Of a stretch of 64,000 bases of DNA, positions 25,545 through 39,225 are shown piece by piece. Below the pieces are notes generated by a model. It ran no database searches and had not been told where the DNA came from. It was given only the letters and a program-made list of their open reading frames with translations. The position numbers and the translations under genes were made by a program. Each line of letters begins with the position of its first letter. Within the stretch, counting starts at the first letter, position 1. The DNA comes from Octopus vulgaris. Lineage: Eukaryota. The DNA lies in assembly GCA_951406725.2 (NCBI GenBank), contig OX597818.1, forward strand, positions 31,000,001-31,064,000. The letters run 5' to 3'.

Positions 25545-25612
25545 TCTTTGCCACATAGGGCTGAACATAGAGGGGACGAATTACAAAGTATAGCTTTTCT
25601 TTTGGGGGAGAA
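25543..25612 (-). mobile_element. Extreme 3' end of the Tx1-like LINE seen at 40523-41062
   Basis: Reverse complement ccccaaaagaaaagctatactttgtaattcgtcccctctatgttcagccctatgtggcaaagaaac. Confidence 0.7.
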
Positions 25613-25619
25613 AAAATGA

Positions 25620-25685
<66 letters not shown>

Positions 25686-26384
25686 ACGTACCTATATATA
25701 TATATGTATATATACATGCATATATGGGTACAGGACATCAAAAAAAAAAACGTACAGAAAAGGAGAAAGAAGAACAAAAAACAAAAACATAGAAAATGAA
25801 CTGCTTTTTCGAATAACGAAGGAAACAAATAGAGAAACGAGACAGGCAACATGAAGAACATTCTCTTCATCAGCTGTATATATATATATCTATCTGTTGC
25901 TATTTGTTTATATATATAAAATCTACTCATAAGGCTTTGGTCGACCTCTGGTTATAGTAGAAGACACTTGCCCAAGGTGTCACGAAGTGGTACTAAACTA
26001 GAGACGATGTGGTTAGACAGTGAACTTCTTACCACCTTGCCACGATATGTAAAAGGTTGGATATGACTAGAAACTCGTCAGTTTCATTAGCTTTTCTGTC
26101 CACGGAGAGGTAAAACTTTGTGTTGTAGTTACTTTGTTTACTTTCCACGATGACGGCTAAAATCATATTCTTATTAAAAAGGTTTAGATTACATTTCATA
26201 AACACACACACGCACACATACTCACACACAGCGCGCGCGCAAATATATGCTTGTTTAATGTTGTTATTTTATAGAAATTTTAAGGAAAATTCATCTTTTG
26301 ACTTGGAGACTTAATACTAAAAATAGAATCAAAATCATTCTAAAATTCCTACACTTTCAGTTTCGGTTGACGATTTCTTTCTCT

Positions 26385-26790
26385 TTTTCTTTTTCTTGTT
26401 TTAGTCATTTGATAGCGGCCATGCTAGAGCACCGCCTAGAAGGGTTTTAGTCGAATAAATCGACACCAGCACTCTTTAAAAACATAGTACTTATTCTATC
26501 GGGATCTTATGCCGAACTGTTAAGTTACAGGGACGTAAACATACCAAAAACGGTTGTCAAGTGCTGGTGGGGATACAAATACAGATACACAAAGACACAT
26601 ACACACACACGCACACATGTAACACACACACGTATGGATTGGCTTCTTTCAATTTCCGTCTACCATATCCAATCACAAGGCTTTGGTCGGTCAGGGTTGT
26701 AGTAGAAGACACTTGCCCAAGGTGTCATGCAGCGGAACTGAATACGGAAACGTGTGTTTGGGAAGTAAGCTTCTTACTACACTGATGCCT
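26385..26790 (-). mobile_element. SINE family B, older copy
   Basis: Homologous along its length to other B copies. Confidence 0.8.
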
Positions 26791-26801
26791 GTGTTTATAA
26801 G

Positions 26802-26900
26802 AAATATGGAACGCTTCACGAATATGCGTGTCATCCTTGAGAAACGGCTATGCTAATCTTCTCTGTATCATTGCAATTTTATTATATGTATTGCCGAAGC
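26802..26900 (-). pseudogene. U6: U6 snRNA pseudogene
   Basis: Minus strand gcttcggcaatacatataataaaattgcaatgatacagagaagattagcatagccgtttctcaaggatgacacgcatattcgtgaagcgttccatattt; ACAGAGA box present, ISL mutated. Confidence 0.95.
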
Positions 26901-27000
26901 CTGTGTGCTGATGATATTTTTACTTATTTATTGGTATATCTGTTGCCGAAGCAATAGATATACTAATAAATAAGTGAAAATATCATCAGCACACAGGCTT
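26897..27000. repeat. 50-bp inverted repeat with 4-nt loop
   Basis: Arms 26897-26946 and 26951-27000, 3 mismatches, loop cgaa (UUCG on minus strand). Confidence 0.95.
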
Positions 27001-27207
27001 GCTACAGAACTGTAATACAACACTGTGTTGTTTCCATAAAAATGTAACATAGCAATAATTTATTTTGAGAATCGAGACCACTGTTTGAATAATTTATAAA
27101 CATTGAAAAAGTGACTGAAGAGGCGGCGAAAAATTTTTCGGAAAAGAAAGACCGTAGAGAAACAAGTGAGGTGTTGATAGTTTTAGTAATATGGCTCTTG
27201 TAAATCG

Positions 27208-27780
27208 ATGAGCTGGCAGAAACGTTAGCACGCCGGGCGAAATGTGTAGCCGTATTTCGTCTGTCGTTACGTCCTGAGTTCAAATACCGTCGAGGTCGAC
27301 TCTGCCTTTCATCCTTTCGGGGTCGATTAAATAAGTACCAGTTACGCATTGGGGTCGATATAATCGACTTAATCCGTTTGTCTGTCTCCTCTGTGTTTAG
27401 CCCCTTGTGGGTAGTAAAGAAATAGGTATTTCGTCTGCCGCTACGTTCAAATACCACCGAGGTCGACTTTGCCTTTCATCCTTTCGGGGTCGATTAAATA
27501 AATACCAGTTACGCACTGGGGTCGATATAATCGACTTAATCCGTTTTTCTGTCCTTATTTGTCCCCTCTGTGTTTAGCCCCTTGTGGGTAGTAAAGAAAT
27601 AGGTATTTCGTCTGCCGCTACGTTCAAATTCCGCCGAGGTCGACTCTGCCTTTCATCCTTTCGGGGTCGATTAAATAAGTACCAGTTACGCACTGGGGTC
27701 GATATAATCGACTTAATCCGTTTCTCTGTCCTTGTTTGTCCCCTCTATGTTTAGCCCCTTGTGGGCAATAAAGAAATAAG
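27208..27780 (+). mobile_element. Tandem trimer of SINE A (one head, three bodies/tails)
   Basis: ~178-bp unit gtatttcgtctgccgctacgttcaaa...ccccttgtgggtagtaaagaaata repeated. Confidence 0.9.
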
Positions 27781-28344
27781 AATCGTTAGTACGATCGTTA
27801 GCAGAATCATTAATTGTTACCACCTCCCCGAACTTGCCAAAATTTGAAACCAATAATATGGCTCTTCAAGGCATCGAACAGGTAAATTCGTTTAGCACGC
27901 CAATTAAAATGCTTAGTGAAATTTCGTACATTTCTACGTTCTAAGTTCGAATTCTGCCGAGGTCGACTTTATCTTTCATTTTTCCGGGGCCGATATAATA
28001 AGATGCAGTTGTGTACAGGGGTTGATGTAATAAATTAAACTTCCTCCTCTGAACGTGCTGGGCTTGTGCCAAAATTTAAAATCAATAATGTATCGCTTTC
28101 GAACTGAAAGAAACTTAGTCTTAGTCAAACAGAAAGTTATATCATATTGTGTGTGTATGCGCGTGTGTGAATTTGTATGTTTGTTTGTGTTTGAGTATAT
28201 ATAATTATACAGACGTATGTTTATATATTAAATATGTTTATATAAATGCTTGTAACTACATTCGTATGCCTTCATGTTGTCTTACTCTTTTTAATTTAGA
28301 ATAAATTTTGACCGACCACCTGCTTGGTAGCAAGGCTGTGAAGG

Positions 28345-28745
28345 AAAGTTATCTTCCTTTGTTCAGCCTTTAAATCTTAAGAAGATTTTGCAGATTTTTA
28401 TAATTCCAGATATCGCGATCATTTGTACTGCATTAAGGATTTGTGTTCTTATACCCCACGCCAATCGAAACACAAGTTCTGCTATACTTTGCTCCAGATG
28501 GGTTGGCGCGTATCCTTTTGCTTCAATAATAATAGGTATGAAGTTGAAAGTGTTTCTTGTGTACTGAATCTGCAAACTCCTTATCAATGGTCCATAGGTG
28601 TCCCTTTGTATTTTTCTAACCGTATTGGTGTCCAGAGGGCAGCGAATTTCTACATCTTTTCCATGCGGACCCACAAAACAATATCTGGTCGACTGGATTT
28701 TAATTTGATAGCTGTTTTAAGTATTAAGTTTCACGAATATTCTTT

Positions 28746-28748
<3 letters not shown>
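28345..28748 (-). mobile_element. 5'-truncated RLE-type non-LTR retrotransposon (restriction-like endonuclease C-terminus) adjoining (TACA)n
   Basis: KEYS*NLILKTAIKLKSSRPDIVLW..VEIRCPLDTN..TYGPL..FIPIIIEAKGY..IAISGIIKICKIFLRF; PD-(D/E) motif. Confidence 0.8.
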
Positions 28749-28777
<29 letters not shown>

Positions 28778-29093
28778 TGTATGTATGTATGTATGTATGT
28801 ATGTATGTATGTATGTATGTTTGTATGTATGTATGTATGTATGTATGTATGTATGTATGTATGTACGTACGTCCATACGTATGTATGTACACATGAAATG
28901 TATGTACATATCTATCTATATATGGGTGGTAGTGAGGTTTTTGCGTGCTTGTATGAGTATATGCATATCTGCGTCTTTCTTTATCTCCTCCTCTATCTGT
29001 ATATGTATATACATCATAGATAGAAAGATAGATACATACATACACACACGCATACATATCCACAAACACTCACATACACACAACACACAGAGA

Positions 29094-29171
<78 letters not shown>

Positions 29172-30039
29172 CCACTACCACACAACAACAACAAGGCAAA
29201 CACAAGCCAAACGAAGCAGCATCAATCCCTTATTAGACAAGGATGAAAAGCGACACAAAAAGATTTTTAAGGATGAAAAAAAAAAACAAATAAATAAATA
29301 TTGTAGACGTGGAAGTTACTCTTTTGAAGAAGGGAAAAAAAATGAAACTTATTTCTCTTTTTTGAACATATAAGAACAAGAAATATATATATAATTAAAA
29401 TAGAATTCTTAAGAGCACTTAAAAGTCCACAAATGGTTCTCTGAAAAGAATTCTTTTTTCTCTTTTTGCGCCTTGTATCTGATGAGAAAAACATGTAAAA
29501 ACTAATGTAAAAAATTATACGTTGTAAATAGACTCAACAATAACAAAACAACCGAGAACTGTTTCAACAAATAATAAACACCAGAAGAACAATCGTATTA
29601 ACACTAGAAAAGAGTTTCCATTTATTTTTTAAACTATATTAGAAAATGATATGTTCACACATTATCTAGTTATTTTCTTTGCTTCTCGTCGTCGTCGTCG
29701 TCGTCGTCGACGTCATCGTCGTCATTATCACGATCACCATAACAACCACAAACACAATGACGACGACGACGACCACCACCACCACCACCACCACGACCAT
29801 CACCATCACTGCTGCCCATAATCTCTGCTCCACCATTACTAACGCGGCATTAATAATAATTGTCTCGTGGTAGTTTGAGGGAGGAGGGCGTCGATTACAT
29901 CGGCCCCCAACGCTAGATTGTTACTTCATTACATCGCAGCCGAAAGGACGAAAAAGCAAAGTTAAGCCTAGAGAGATTCGAAGTTAGAATGTAAGAGCCG
30001 AATTCAAACATATGTAATGAATTTGCTGTACCATCGCCC

Positions 30040-30111
<72 letters not shown>

Positions 30112-30622
30112 GATGGTATAGGCACACACCAGAAAAGGTCACAGAAAACGAGAAAGCAACCATACTCTGGGATATGCCGATACACACATATAGAGAAATT
30201 AAGGCCAACAGACCAGATATAGTTGTCAGAGATCATGAAGAAAAAAAATGCTTTCTAATTGATGTATCAATACCGGCAGATGACAACGTGTCTCTAAAAG
30301 AAATGGAGAAACTCTCAAAATACAAAGACCTGGAAATAGAGGTAACTAGAATGTGGAATCTGAAAACAGAAACAATTCCTATCATAGTAGGTGCATTAGG
30401 CATGATAAAAAAAATATTCAGACAAATACATAACAAAAACACCAGGACTTACAAACACATATAACATACAGAAAATTGCACTACTAGGCACTGCCCACAT
30501 CCTACACAGAACACTTTCCATACAATAACCATCAGAGCATCACAACAAATCACAGCACATACCCAAGGCACACAGAGCTGCGCTCGGTAGTGAAGTGAAA
30601 GCACGCTATAAAAATAAAACTA

Positions 30623-30625
<3 letters not shown>
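30112..30625 (+). mobile_element. 5'-truncated Dong/R4-like non-LTR retrotransposon in (TAA)n
   Basis: ILWDMPIHTYREIKANRPDIVV..LIDVSIPADDN..EKLSKYKDLEIE..IPIIVGALG, then after a frameshift QKIALLGTAHIL; (TAA)n on both sides. Confidence 0.9.
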
Positions 30626-30691
<66 letters not shown>

Positions 30692-31755
30692 CTCAACGAT
30701 TCTATGTGGTGAAAAGATGAGAAAACAGCAACATTCCCACAAAAAGCCTTCTTGGCAAGAGCGTATTCAACACCAAATTAAGCTTCTTAAGTGTGTCTGT
30801 GTTTGTCTCCCCCCCAACATCGCTTGACAACCGATGCTGGGGTGTTTATGTCCCTGTAACTTAGCAGTTCGGCAAAAGAGACCGATAGAATAAGTACCAG
30901 GCTTACAAAGAATAAGTCCTGGGGTCGATTTGCTCGACTAAAGGTGGTGCTCCAGCATGACCGCAGTCAAATGACTGAAACAAGTAAAAGAGTAAAAGAG
31001 TAAAGAGAGTCGATAAATTAAAGTACTAATTAAGCACTGGGGCTGATGCAATCGGCTAACCCACTTCTTCCTAAAATATTACTGGTTTTGTGCCGAAACC
31101 AGTAGCAACATTTCGTGTCTATATAAATGTTTGAAAAACCTTGAGTTTGACAAGACTACCAAACCTACAAAAACCCGAAAATTAAAGAAAAAATATAATA
31201 TGAAAACCATACTTGACATTGATACCACCGTAGAAACGATCAAGCAAAAGTTATGTGCTAAAGCTGCACGCATAGCGTGGTATGAAAAGCGTGTTAGATT
31301 CTTCAAGGACAACATGTTAAAAAATAAGCCCAAAAATGTTTACAGGAAGATAGGGAAAACACCAGTTACTGTAAAATCTGTCCCATCAAAAGAAGTGCAG
31401 GGATTTTGGAATAAAATTTAGGCAGAAGTAAAACACACAACTAAAAGGACCCTTGGATTGATAGAATATCTACAGACTTGGACTCCTTAGAGGGGCAAAA
31501 GTGGGAGGGTGTTAAGGTAGAATATATAAGATCTGCTCTCAGGAGGTCAAGCACGTGGAAATCTCCAGGAAAAGATAAAATTCCTAACTTCTGGTTGAAT
31601 ACCTTCCCAGAGAGACATGAACTGCTAACAAAACTTTACAACGATGGTTTGCAACACCCTAGTATGATGCCCTCTTGGCTAGTTAATGGTTTAACATTCC
31701 TGCTTCCAAAAAGTGAAGAAACAAATGAACCAAAAAATTATAGACCCATAACCTG
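30692..31755 (+). mobile_element. Dong/R4-like ORF fragment (N-terminal region and RT start), interrupted by a 337-bp duplicated block
   Basis: KKPSWQERIQHQIK, KQKLCAKAARI, WKSPGKDKIPNFWL, TFLLPKSEETNEPKNYRPIT. Confidence 0.85.
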
Positions 31756-31842
31756 GGTGCATCAAACCAAATGTTTAGCGGCATTTCTTCCAACTATACG
31801 TATGTATTCAAATCGAGACCAATTTTCCTTTAATAAATTCAG

Positions 31843-32270
31843 AGTCGCAGGAGTGGCTGTGTGGTAAGTAGCTTGCTTACCAACCACATGGTTCCGGATT
31901 CACTCCCACTGCGTGGCACCTTGGGCAAGTGTCTTCTACTATAGCCTAGAGCTATAGTGGATTTGGTGGAATTTGTGAGTGGATTTGGTAGACGGAAACT
32001 GAAAGAAGCCCGTCGTATATATGTATATGTATATATATGTATGTGAGTGTTTGTGTGTCTGTGTTTGTCTCCCCCCCAACATCGCTTGACAACCGATGCT
32101 GGGGTGTTTATGTCCCTGTAACTTAGCAGTTCGGCAAAAGAGACCGATAGAATAAGTACCAGGCTTACAAAGAATAAGTCCTGGGGTCGATTTGCTCGAC
32201 TAAAGGTGGTGCTCCAGCATGACCGCAGTTAAATGACTGAAACAAGTAAAAGAGTAAAAGAGTAAAGAGA
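31843..32270 (+). mobile_element. SINE B nested in an older SINE A (31755-32365)
   Basis: Full B copy; short agagtcg duplication at the junctions; A fragments on both sides. Confidence 0.85.
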
Positions 32271-34706
32271 GTCGATAAATTAAAGTACTAATTAAGCACT
32301 GGGGCTGATGCAATCGGCTAACCCACTTCTTCCTAAAATATTACTGGTTTTGTGCCGAAACCAGTAGCAACATTTCGTGTCTATATAAAATATTTGGAAT
32401 TTTTACTCAATTCCGCGCATTCTTTATACCATTTCTCTTATTATCCAAACAACAAAGGAAATCCTTATTAATATAATATATTGATTAGGAGAGAAATGCT
32501 GTGAAAGTTTTCCTCTTGAACCATCTTTTACAGAGGCCATAATTCATTGCTCAGATGTTTTTTTAGTTTAAAAAGATACAGAGAAATAATCAGACGTAAT
32601 AATACTTGTATTACTAACAACACTTGTATCACCAATAAGCTGGATATTGAAACAATATAATTCAATACTTTAAGGTGCTCATATATTGGTATTTAAGTTT
32701 CCGTGTTTTATATATGACATCCTGACATTTAATATGATTTAATTTGTCAACACTTAACTATTATTTTTCATACGAATGGTGTCTCTGAGTTAATTTATTT
32801 CCTAAAATCTTGTGAGTATTCTTTTACTATTTTGGCATATACGTAAAAGCAAATGCTTTGCTGATGTGATATTAATCAGATCCAAACATGCCTCAGGCTT
32901 TCTCCTGCATTTGCTGAAGTATTTACAATAATATTAGTCATTAAGTAATAATGATTTTTTTTCCAGACCGCATAATTGTTTCTCGTTAGTCTTTTGATCT
33001 ACCTTACATCAACTATGTTAACACTTGCTAGACTTATGGTATTAAAACACTATTAAAATAACCTCTTATTTACACATTATGTCTGTAATCTGAAAGCAGT
33101 AATTCCTTCGTGTATCACTAATCTTTACTCTTATGTATATAACATCAGTAAATTGCTTCATAAAGTCGAGATAAAAAAAACTGTAATTTTGACCACTCAT
33201 TTGTAAAGTTATTATAGGAAATTAACTTTGAAAAACAATGTTAATTTAAGTAAAAGAAATTATAGTTTCCCACTGTCTTTGTGAAATTTCAACGCAGGTT
33301 TGAAAGTTCTAATGTAAAGTTAAAGGTTAAATATTGTAAACAATTAATAAATAAAAGAAAATTCTTAAGACAATAAATTTCAATAAAAGGTCAAATATAA
33401 TGTAAACTAAAACAAACAAACTAAAACAAACATGTAAATATTAACTGTTAGGTGAACTGTGCATATCTAGAAAAATATGCCACACATTTCAAATTACATC
33501 TCTTTCCGAGACCCTGCCCTTTATAATTCTAATATAGCGAGAGAATTTAAAGAAAAACAAACTTCCATCCACATTTAATAAGGCACTAATATTTTAAGTC
33601 CAGACTAATAAAGTAGTTTTACACTTCTCTCTTCTCTAAATAAATGCCCTAGGTAAAGATGTCAATAGTACGAATAACAGCGACAACAACGAAAATTACT
33701 AATTGGCTGATCTTTATCTGAAATAATATATAAATACGGATGTTGGCTTGAAGAAACAAGCCAACCTCCATACGCTTTTAAGAAGAGGAACTGAATAATT
33801 AAATGTTGTGCGAAAAGACCTTGTTGAATGAATTAGAAAAGCACTTGGCGACTCCATAAACGCGGGTTGTAGATAAAACAAAGGTATAAAGTTTCTTGCT
33901 CTTTAGAACGGAACTAATTTCATTTTATAAACTGCTCATGCGTATGCGAAGAAACGGAAAGAAATGCAAGTTTGGCTTAAATAAAACTCGAATTTAGAAG
34001 CAGGCTGCATGAAATCCAAGACATTTCAAACAAAAATAAGTTAAGAATTCGTGTGATTCTTAGAGATTTGAAGACGATTAATGATTTCCAGTGAACCTGA
34101 AGTATATATATTTTTTACACGAATACTTTTATTTTCTTACGAATAAAATGATAATTGTTCATATTTATTTGTTTCTTTTTCTAGTCCGATGGTTATTTTT
34201 TAGTCAGCCATTTCTGGTGTACATATTTCGGAGTTTATACACTTTTATTCCGAACCACTTCACAATTACTGTAGTATGAATCATATTTGATCCCAGTAAA
34301 CCACGCAATGGAAAGAAAAAAAAAATGTTGAACCAGACGACAGTGGTGAGAACAAGAATAATAAACCAATGACTACGACGACGATGGCGATAATTGAAAC
34401 AACAACATACTTCATTTTTAATAATAATTACACGTTTAAAGTAAAACAAAACACTAAGATATTTGAAGAATGAAAACTATTAAATTAACAGAGATAAAGA
34501 TCTAAAAAAAAGAAATCATTGGATGGAAGCTGTTTTGGTATTAATAAATGAATGTTTTTATTTAAATACGGGAATGTTTTAAATCAAAATATGGGAATGA
34601 TTTGATATCAAACCGTAAGTGTCGTAACAAACAGAATTTAAACCTTCGGTCTCTTTCTCATCTTTTTATAATTAAAAAGAACATTATTTTTTATTTACCC
34701 TTATGC

Positions 34707-34855
<149 letters not shown>

Positions 34856-35545
34856 TGTTCGTTATTAGAGATGGAATCAGTATTAGTTCAAAACAGCAAT
34901 CTGTATATCATACTTTACGCAGAGGAAAATCGTTCAGCAGCGGTGATGATATTGTTTCTTTGAGCTTCGTTAACACACACACGCACACACACACACACAC
35001 ACACACGCACACACACGCACACACACACATGCACACACGTCACACACACACACACAAATACACACACACACACGCGCATACACACACCAGAGCCACACAT
35101 ATAACAATAATGATCAAATGGATGTTCCTCGTACTTTTATGGAAACCTGGCTAGGTTATATGGAACCAAAGCAAATAACATCTATAATAGTTACTTCTAA
35201 GACTAATTGCTCTAGCCGCCATTTGCAACTGAGTTTCACTTCGTAACATGCGCCATATTTTCGCTAGTAGTTTTAGGTACCCATGCGCTCGTGAACAGAT
35301 ATTTCCTCGACCCCGTCACCAACTCATGAACAAGTGGAACATCCTGGATGCACCTACGCTCTGTTAGTACTCATTACCGCTGAGCAGACTGGAACAACGG
35401 AAAATGAAATGCCTTGTCCAAGCACGTAGAGCGACATCTTGTGAGCTAATGATCATGAATTGAATACCATAGCAACTAAGCTACGTGCCTTCAGGTTTTT
35501 TTCATAAACATGAATCTTTTGAAATATTTCTAAGGAAATAGGAGT

Positions 35546-35715
35546 AGGCGTAGGAGTGGCTGTGTGGTAAGTAGCTTGCTTACGAACCACATGGTTCCGG
35601 GTTCAGTCCCACTGCGTGGCACCTTGGGCAAGTGTCTTCTACTATAACCTCGAGCCGACCAAAGCCCTGTGAGTGGATTTGGTAGACGGAAACTGAAAGA
35701 AGCCCGTCGTATATA

Positions 35716-35787
<72 letters not shown>

Positions 35788-36005
35788 GTGTGTGTATATG
35801 TTTGTTCTGTGTTTGTCCCCCTAGCATTGCTTGACAACCGATGCTGGTGTGTTTACGTCCCTGTCACTTAGCGGTTCGGCAAAACAGACCGATACAATAA
35901 GTACTAGGCTTACAAAGAATAAATCCTGGGGTCGATTTGCTCGACTAAAGGCGGGGATCCAGCATGGCCTCAGTCAAATAACTGAAACAAGTAAAGGAGT
36001 AAAAA
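35546..36005 (+). mobile_element. SINE family B with expanded internal (TA)n
   Basis: ggcgtaggagtggctgtgtggtaag...gtggcaccttgggcaagtgtcttctact (CORE-like). Confidence 0.9.
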
Positions 36006-36294
36006 GAGAGAGAGAGAGAGTAAATAAAATGGAAGGTTGTAATGCCTATTACTTTCTACAAGGTAATGCTGGTAAATATTTTACCTTTACCAGACGTGAA
36101 CATGGAACAAGTAGAAAATTCACCTCTAAGGGTTCGGGACCTACACGGAGAAAATTGAAATTTTTTAACTGGCAATCGCGTTAAATTTAGCTTAACCAGT
36201 GACTTGTTGGAAAAATAACGCAAAGAAAGAGCAAAATTGTACAAAATAGGAAAATTTGTTAATAGGCATAAAATAATCTTCTTTCAACATATGC

Positions 36295-36912
36295 ACGAGG
36301 TCAGAAGTCTAGTAAACTGGCTCAGTATCTGACTGGTTCTCTATTTTATTGATCCTGGTGGGAAAAAAGGGTAAAATCAACTTTGACGGAACATAAACTC
36401 AGAATGTAAAAGACCGGAACAAAATACTGCATCTTATCCTTTCCGATGCCATAACAATTCTGTCAATCCACTGCTCTCGCAGTTATGAAATAATGCTTTC
36501 TAATTTAGGTACAAGGCCAGCAATTTTGAAGGGAAGGGGTTAGTTATTACTAGTGACTCTAGTAATTGACTGGTACTTTATTTTATTGGTCCCAAAGTTA
36601 ACCTCGGCGTGATTTAAACTCAGAACGTAACAATCAGAGGAAATTCCGAAAGGAAAATTGTTTACGACACTCTAACGATTCTGGCAGCGCATCGCCTCAA
36701 ACATTTGCTTCTAATTTAGGTATAAAGCCAGCAGTTTGGAGGAGAGTGGGGTTAGTTGATTACATCGATATTAGTTCTTATTTTATCGATCTTTCAAGGA
36801 TTAAAGCAAAGTTGATACTGGTGCGATTTGAACTCAGAACGTAATGAACTGAAACAAATACAGGAAGCGTATTTTGTGCGAAGCTGTAATAATTCTGCTA
36901 ATTGGCCGCCCT
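36295..36912 (-). mobile_element. Three adjacent old SINE A copies
   Basis: aactcagaa(c/t)gtaa motif at ~36396, ~36617, ~36831 with surrounding A-family homology. Confidence 0.65.
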
Positions 36913-37399
36913 TATAAACACCAATACATAACAAATCGATGATCTAAAATCGATTCATCTTTCTTCTTCTTCTTTTTTCTCTCCCTTTATCTCTTATTCT
37001 ATTTACTTCCCTTGTATTTTGTAAACAACATCCAAAAGAAGGCAACGAGAAACTATCTTTGTATTGATCCTGGCAAATTCCATGACAAGTACATAGTTCT
37101 TGATCAAGAAGTCATGCTGATTTTTCGTCTACCTGGGGTTAAAAAAGAACACCAACAGCAGTAACAACAATAACTAGACATGCAGATACGTTAGCTACAT
37201 GCAGATGCATACACACTCTCACATATATCAAACTTACACCGACGTTACACACCCACTTTGTCTGTCTCACACGCATATATATACATACGTATTCATTATA
37301 TGTATATACATACATGTGTAAATATATGTATATATGATGGCTGCAGCTCAATTTTGAGCCATGCTATCGCTTGATTGTTGTCTTAAACATTATTAGTGC

Positions 37400-37600
37400 A
37401 GATGTGGCTTTTAAGTTTTGGTAGTGACCTGCACTCATCTGTGGTACCGAGGTAATAACCTTGGATGCCTTTTGTAGTTGGTGTTCAGAGATCATAACAG
37501 CCACGCTGACACCGGCCTTCATTCCATCATGGAGTTTTGCATTAAGTGTTTTGCCTTTCTTGGCTACCGCCAACCATAGTATACAAGACATAATAGAGAC
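37400..37600 (-). mobile_element. Possible RTE/BovB-like RT remnant
   Basis: LNAKLHDGMKAGV resembles the RTE RT motif LHDGMxAxV; little else conserved. Confidence 0.35.
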
Positions 37601-38031
37601 TTTAAAAATCAATCGATGTGTATATATACATGTTTATTAGAAGGTTTGGAGATTATGTACAGGTATTTTATATTAGAAGAAATGAGGTACTCAGAAATTC
37701 GGATGGTTTTATATTTACAGATATTTATTTGTATGTTACATATTTTTATACATTATATATCATATATCATATATTAGCGCTTTGGTCCATTCTAGTATAT
37801 ATACATACACATACACATAAACATACACATACACATACACATACATATTTACAGTCCACTCATCTTTAAATGGGTAATCCTGCGACAAATTGGGGTCCCG
37901 TTCGGGTGGAATGTTGACCTGCCCACCAAGCTAGCGGGGTGGTATTGTTCGGATGCTATGATAATGCGAAGAAGAATATTAGGACCAGCAGCTGTATATC
38001 GACATTTGATATTCTGGATGAAACTGCGATA

Positions 38032-38105
<74 letters not shown>

Positions 38106-38452
38106 TGTGAGTGTGGGTATGTATGGATGAATAGCTAGGAAATAAATCTGTAACACTAGATTTCAATTTAGCCCTGATCAAGATAAACGAAAATATCACG
38201 AAACAGTCTTTTTATATAATTGCTGTTTTGTTCATCTTTGATGATCTAAATACAAAATTGATGACAGCTTTTGGAGATTCCTAAACACTTTCCACATGAA
38301 ATTTTCTGGAGTTGCTTTTAACACCTTTGTTTCATAAATAACAAGTATATTTTTGTTGAAAATTATTTCTACGACCAAATATTTTTTTTTGTCAAAGCAT
38401 TTATACCAATTAACAAATATAGAAAACAAAAATAAAACAACACCACCAAAAG

Positions 38453-38506
<54 letters not shown>

Positions 38507-39225
38507 TATAAACAACAGATAAACGCTACCTCTCAACAGCAATGTTCTATATATAAACAATTCATTCAACCCCGCAAACTATAAATAAAAAAATAAATAG
38601 ATGTTCTCACTGCAATCTTTATTTGACGTTACTTGTAAAATGTTTTTTAGATTTAGTACTGATATAACTATTTTGTCAAGTGCTACCGTAATGGTATGCC
38701 CTGGTACGATATTTAGTGCTCTATACAAAAGTAAGGTCTTTATTTGTGCAGTTAGACACTTGGATATTTCCATTTCTTTCTTTCCATTCCAGTTTTAGTT
38801 TATCTTTTGTATTTTACTATTTTTGTCTTCTTGGAATCTAAACAAAACCACCTAAAATTTCTTTCTTTCGAGATTATATATACAAAGCTATTTCTGTGAG
38901 AGGAAATATTATCTGCGGTGTACTTTTCACGTTCAGATGTATTCTTGATATAACCAGTGATGATCACAAATGATAAATACTTTGCTCATTTGAAGATAAT
39001 CCATCTTGGAGAAGGAAAATTAAGACTTCCAACTAAATAAATAACAATCTCCATGAGGACTGAAGCACATAGATGGCTAAGAAGATCCCATTGCAATCAC
39101 GTAGTCTTTATGTCGATTCCACTAAACGGTACTTTAGGTAAGTATCTTCTACTGTACCCTCTGGTTGACCGTTACCTTGTGAGTATGGCATTTGGTGAAT
39201 GGAAACCGTACAGAAGTCCATAAAT

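Noticed and set aside
25830-25876. CTGATGA on minus strand as a hammerhead
   Set aside because: No GAAA/NUH half with pairing stems
27208-27780. Repeat array as CRISPR-like
   Set aside because: Whole units repeat with no unique spacers; eukaryotic SINE sequence
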